Below are positions 58,668 through 64,000 of a DNA stretch of 64,000 nt, piece after piece. Position 1 is the first letter of the stretch, and every line of letters begins with the position of its first letter. The notes below the pieces were generated by a model. It was not told the DNA's origin. It ran no database searches and saw only the letters and a list, made by a program, of their open reading frames with translations. The stretch spans positions 3,100,001 to 3,164,000 of the forward strand of contig CATNEN010000037.1 of assembly GCA_950097015.1 (NCBI GenBank), written 5' to 3'. This stretch comes from Macrostomum hystrix. Its lineage: Eukaryota > Animalia > Platyhelminthes. Both the position numbers and the translations under genes were made by a program.

Positions 58668-60820
58668 GCTGGACAATTGGAATCTGTGGATTGAATTTTA
58701 TTGGCCTTTTCCTTCTTAATTCAATTAGAAAATGTAATGAGTGCTTGGAAAAAAGCAATATATGTTGAATTCCCTTATAAAAAGTGTCGCAATCATTGTG
58801 TTGTGAGTTTGACATACTTGGAGACAAAAATGTTTTCAAGTCAAGATAGTTCTCTTGGTTTTTCTGCGTTGCTAATAGGTAAATATGCATAAAATTACAT
58901 TATGAATAATATACTTTTCTTTTAGATTTTCTCAACACATTCTTTAATTAGCAAAATTATTACATAACAATTGTATTTTGTGCATTATGAATGCATAATA
59001 ATGAAATGACAGTTTGTTGTTGTGTATTTTAGCTCTGCTATTTCATTCTTCACACGTTTCAACTGGTATACATCCTAAAATAAAATAGAACTTAGATTTT
59101 TTATAATATAAGGTAAGCTAAAGATGCAAAAATTAGTGTCACTTCAAAGATAGTTTTTAAGGTTTTTATCTTTATCTTTAAATGTTTACTACTTAAAAAC
59201 CAATCGGCTATCCCCAAGTGGCAAATAGAAAATTCAGGTCACACTGCTAGCAATCGGCATATTTTATTTTATTTTATGCATCATATCTTTGCATTAAGAA
59301 GTGGTACTAATTTTAGGATGCATCTTTGAACTATGCAAATATTATTTCTAACAAAAAACTACAAAACGTAATTTAAGGAGGGCCAACAAAAGAGCTTGAT
59401 GGCATCTTATGTTTTGCCCTTCGAACATTAAATATTTAACTGAAATTCACTTAAGTAATGTGACCACCTAAATAGCAAATATATGGCTAAATCGGCACAA
59501 CTTCTACCTGCACAACTTCTATCACAAAGCATTGCAGAGAGATTTTGTGCAATGGTGTGAAACACTGGAGGATGCAACTTGTTTTCAGCTTGTAGTTAAG
59601 ATAATTATCGAATTTCATTCATGGAGACCAGTGTCACTCCAAAAGTCATTAGAATGGAAGAAACTTTTTGTTTTCCAGCTTTTATTTATACACTCAAGTA
59701 TGCCTTTATTGCAAGTTAAGTATCGACGCCATTTACTTTAGCTAACTGTGGGTTTTAGCTTTTTGAAGCAAGCAGTTTGCCAAAAGCTGTGGAGCTTCAA
59801 CATTGCAATTATCACGCAACCATAAACTACAATTACAAGTGAGTCAGCAGAAGAAACGAGCACCACACCAGCAGAAAGCTTTGGATTGCATACGAATTCC
59901 ATAAACAACTCTCCAATCTCTATCTCAAGCGACTGTGCACAACTGGCAATTGCGAGTTCTGTTTGCAGTGCACCAGAGTGAGTAATAAAGGATTCAGTTG
60001 CCAGTCCTGGACAACTACGACCCAATCAATGAAACTAAGTGATTAGCCAGGCAGTTGAACCATTGCATGAGATTGCTAAATGAATTCGCCAAAGTTAAAA
60101 TAGGAAACTGCAAATATCTTTGCAGTTTGAGGTTTGCAGTTAAATGACGATATGATGTTATTTTTTATTAGCAACATACTTTTAACTGGTCTTAGTTAAA
60201 ATTCCCAAAAAATAAAAAATAAATATTTATTTACTAGAAAAGAATTGCTTGCCTTCTGCCTGTTCTGCTGCTCTGTACAACATTTTATGACAAAGGCTGA
60301 CATTCTGCATCAGTCATATGATAATATGAATAATGTAATACTCAAGGTAAAAGGCTAGCAACCAAAGTCAAATAAACAAACAACATGCTTTTAAATAAAC
60401 TATGCTAAGAATAAGAAAACACCTGCCAAATTTTTTTGGCTTTAAATATGGTAGAGCATGTACGAGTATTTCTTGCATAAAGAGGGTTTACCTACCGATC
60501 CTGGCGATTTTAAGATATGAATATACCTTTTTGCAATCAATTTCGTCGTTTTTGCATTCAATTTCGGCGCGAGCGCTAGTGTGCAGTCCAAACAACTGAG
60601 CCATAGACAATGGTTAGGTAACGCACGGCTTTTGAGTGCACCAGCGAGCAGAGACACGAGTGCGCATTAACAGCATTATCCAATGAGAGGCCATTTCCGC
60701 ATCGATCCGTCCTTACTCTTTCGACCATAGACAAGTGCGTTGGCGCACGCCCATGTTTTTGGGCGGTCAGGCTGGCTTAAGGCGCAAGCCCCAACGCAGT
60801 TGAGTAGATAAGATTTCGAC

Positions 60821-62416
60821 ATGATCAACCTAATGCACTGGCCGAATGAGTGCATATCTGGCTTGACCATGGACGAGATTCGACTCCAGAGGGAGCTCTT
60901 CCAGCTGAACGACGTGGTGGAGAAGGAAATGTATGAAGATTTTGAATGTCCCACCCTGGACGAACTCTGTGCGTTACTGCCAGACGACTCTACCGCGGAT
61001 TTGGAGGCAATTGCAGCGCAGCAATACGAGGATACGAAGGTCGTGTCCACCGAGAGACAAGAGATCGCTGCAGTCGAACGATTCAAGCAGTTCCTGACGA
61101 CAAACGCATTTTTGCCTTTCGACATCGATTTGTGCAGTGAGGATGAACTGGCCTGCAAGCTGCGACTGTTTTACGCCACACTAAGAAAGGAAGACGGTTC
61201 TCTGTACGCTCCGACATCTCTGATTTGTGCGAGAGCTGGACTTTTCAGCTACTTTCGGAGGGTTAGGTCTCTGAACATAATCGAGAATGACAAGTTCCAC
61301 GCAGCCAATCTGGCTTTGAAGGCGGTGGCGCGAATGTTTCTAAAGGCTGGTGGACGGATCAACCATTACGAGGCCATCAGTGAGGAAGATGAGGGCAGGT
61401 TGGCGCGGTACTTTGACCGTGCGTCGCCGACGACCCTGTTGCACGAGGTATACTTTGTCCTCATCTACTTTTTCGGCCAGCGTGGGAGAGAATGGTTCCG
61501 TGGATTGGATTCGGACAGTCTGGTGTTCGAGGACAATGCCGACTGTGGCACTCTAGTCCGGCTTCGCACAGGGTTGCAGAAGAATCTGGGACGGGAACTC
61601 AATGCCGGAGCCATGAGTGACAACAGAGAGGCGGTGATCAAGGCCACTGGGACGACGCAATGTCCAGTGCAGGCACTGCGGCTTTACCTCGAGAAGCGAC
61701 GGGAGGCTCTGGGTGACGCTGAGACGGAAGGATCTCCGCTGCTTCTGACACCGAAGAAGTCCTCTGCAGCTGGGGGCCCATGGTACACGAAACAGCCAGT
61801 CGGGGTGAATACCGTTGGCGGAATGATGAAGACTATCTCAACGAAAGCTGCCGTCAAAGATCTACACGCCGCACAATATTCGGCCAACTGTGATTGCGGA
61901 CCTTCACCAGGCAGGATTCAGGCTGGAGCAAATTTGCAAAATTACTGGCCACAAGGAGGCAAAGACTGTGCAACGGTGAGTACCCATATATGACGGGCTT
62001 TGCACTAACAAAGTGAACATGTCAACGTCATGAGTAACTACTTTCAATCGCACTTTAGGTACCTCACGCATGGGAAGCGGAAGGCAACGGACATGGGGAA
62101 GATGTCAGACGCTCTATCCGGATCGCTGTACGGGCGTCAACAGACGGGCGTGGTAGCAATTCCAGGGCCGCCGCCGCAGAGATCAGCTGAGCCCACCCTC
62201 GACGGTGTCATCCGGCATGTCAACTGTCATCTGACAGTTCCAGGGGTCACCGGCGCATCGACGCCGCATGCGCAGCAGTCCACGCTTCAGCTTCCCTCCA
62301 GTCAGGTGGTGCAGCAAGTTTGTGTGACAAGTTCGACCCCTGGCAACGCTGGAGCTCCAGCGCTGTCATTCCACTTTGGTGGACATTTTGAGAACTGCAC
62401 ATTCAACCTTAAGTGA
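60821..62416 (+). mobile_element. Crypton (CryptonA/DUF3504-type) tyrosine recombinase gene with one frameshift (about 61850) and an 83-bp intron (61976-62058)
   Basis: LRLFYATLRKEDGSLYAPTSLICARAGL, FGQRGRE (catalytic R) and PWYTKQPVGVNT. After the shift: IYTPHNIR (HxxR), TGHK, then R|YL across the GTGAGT...TTTAG intron (catalytic Y), ending FENCTFNLK-stop. Confidence 0.88.
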
Positions 62417-62939
62417 GCTGCCTGAGTTCTAATAAGAGCACGAGTAAGTGACATTTCTACTTGACAATGCCACACACGGTCATCTGGAGTATGCCGTGCA
62501 AACTGCTTTGAAAATGTTGTCGCCGTTAATATTTCGTAAACACCAACAAGAATCCCCTTGTTGTACCGTTAATTCTTACTACGTTTTGAGCTCAAATAAA
62601 TGCACTCTAAGTTTGCGTGCTGATAACGGTCATTGACGCACGCATTTTAGGCCGTTGATGCACGCTGTCTATGGTAAAATCTAGCATTGACGTGGCACGC
62701 TGAGACTGCCTATCGTTTGATAATGGGCAACTTTTGCGTTCAAATTCGGCCTTTTTGCGTCCTATTTCGGCAGCGCAATCACATGGACACTGTGGGCACA
62801 GTTCGAATGTTTTGCCATAGACACTTTCTCACTCGATCGCGTTCAGTGAGGGTGGGATGAAAAATTTGTCTCCGAAAGCAGGCCTATAGTCGTCTCCGCA
62901 AGTCTGTTTCGGTGTTTTAATTTTCTGCTCCCGGCTAGA

Positions 62940-64000
62940 ATGCCTCCAAGAGGACAATACACGCGCGTCACGACAGTTGATCGACAGAGACTGATCGCAG
63001 CTTACGACTTCAATGCAGACTGGCGAGCGCTCGCTCGTGTGCTGGGCTTTGCGCGCCAAACTGCGGCAAGCATTATCAAAGCCTACGCTGACCAGGGCAG
63101 AGCGGACCCTCTTCCAAAACGCGGAGCAAAGAGGCGTTGCTTGACAGATGAGATGGTGAATGCGATCACCGAATTCCTGGAAACCCCACCTGGTGCAACA
63201 CTGGCGCAGATGAGGAACCACATCCTGCAGGGATTCCCCAATCTAGTGAATTTGTCACTGCCATCAGCCGCGCACTGGATGGAAGACTCATCACTCTCAA
63301 GCTCATGAGAGGGAATCCAGTGGATTGGAACACTCCCGTGACCAAGGAGGCCCGCCGCATGCATGCTGAGTGGATGCTGGCCGAAGGCGCCCATCGCCAC
63401 ACGATCTGGCTTGACGAGTTCGGTGTCAATCTGTGGACACTCCGCAGTCAGGGCTGGGCTCCACGAGGCCAGCGTGCCGTCTCGGTTTTGAATGGCCAGC
63501 GAGGGCAGAACCTAACCATCTGCCTGGTCATCTCGCCTGTGTATGGCCTGATTCACCTGACCACTATACAGGGAGGCTTCACTAACGCCCATTTCGCAGA
63601 CTTTCTAACCGAGTTGGACGTCCTGTTAGAGGAGGAGGAATTCGTGCTCATGGTTGGTGGCGCTCGTGCGCACCTGAACGTGCCAGGATTGGGTGAAGGT
63701 CATAAGTGCCGGTTTCTGCCCCCGTATTCACCATTCCTGAATGCCACTGAGCAGGCAGGCTCATGCCTGAAGGCAGCGCTGAAGCGCGCTCTCTCGTCGC
63801 CTGCGGTGCAGCGGGAGGCCGGCGATCAGACCACTGCACAAGCAGCGGGCATCTCACTGCAGCAACATCGACCCCGGCTGCTGCTACGCTTGGTGCGCAT
63901 AGCAGCGCAGGACATTACACCGTTTAAGTGTCTGCAATGGGTGAACCACGGCCAGACGTACGTGCAGCGTTGCCTGGATGCCGAGGATATTCAGAGGATG
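62940..64000 (+). mobile_element. IS630-Tc1-mariner superfamily transposase, probably inactive; runs off the window
   Basis: N-terminal HTH region, a frameshift near 63260, then WLDEFG, MVGGARAH (second catalytic Asp apparently replaced by Gly) and FLPPYSPFLNATE. Confidence 0.88.

Noticed and set aside
59738-60025. ORF 59738..60025 (-) and an overlapping + strand frame ending at a GTGAGT donor near 59979
   Set aside because: No recognisable motif, and no partner exons could be linked.

Overview
Eukaryotic, intron-rich animal genomic DNA: GC-rich exons separated by AT-rich introns and spacers packed with about 20 different minisatellite arrays. The overall style suggests a free-living flatworm such as Macrostomum, but that is inference only. 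Six spliced host genes could be assembled by hand. On the + strand: a secreted LRR-like, probably GPI-anchored protein (18992-29151), a small CCAP-like neuropeptide precursor missing from the ORF track (34048-34383) and a bHLHe22/23-type transcription factor (45252-46388). On the - strand: a calponin (CH domain plus 5 calponin repeats, 36382-41077), cytosolic asparaginyl-tRNA synthetase (48303-53911) and a 654-aa low-complexity protein with a C-terminal RRM (55049-58667). Mobile DNA includes a gag-less Ty3/gypsy element with identical 185-bp LTRs nested in a broken LINE, two Crypton-type tyrosine-recombinase elements, a Tc1/IS630-like transposase, gypsy RNase H and P/THAP9-like relics, and two tRNA-derived SINE families. 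No rRNA, genuine tRNA or CRISPR array was found, and most long ORFs in the track are translations of tandem repeats. Best leads: (1) NARS has no genomic start codon and begins in frame at a splice acceptor just downstream of a co-oriented gene, which fits an operon resolved by a spliced leader that supplies the AUG. (2) NARS exon 2 is bracketed by the same minisatellite in inverted orientation, a potential dsRNA stem or circRNA/skipping switch. (3) The LTR element is flanked by a 574-bp perfect duplication instead of a 4-6 bp TSD. (4) The hidden PFCNWYGC neuropeptide. (5) A recurrent CCATAGAC/GTCTATGG motif around both Crypton elements.
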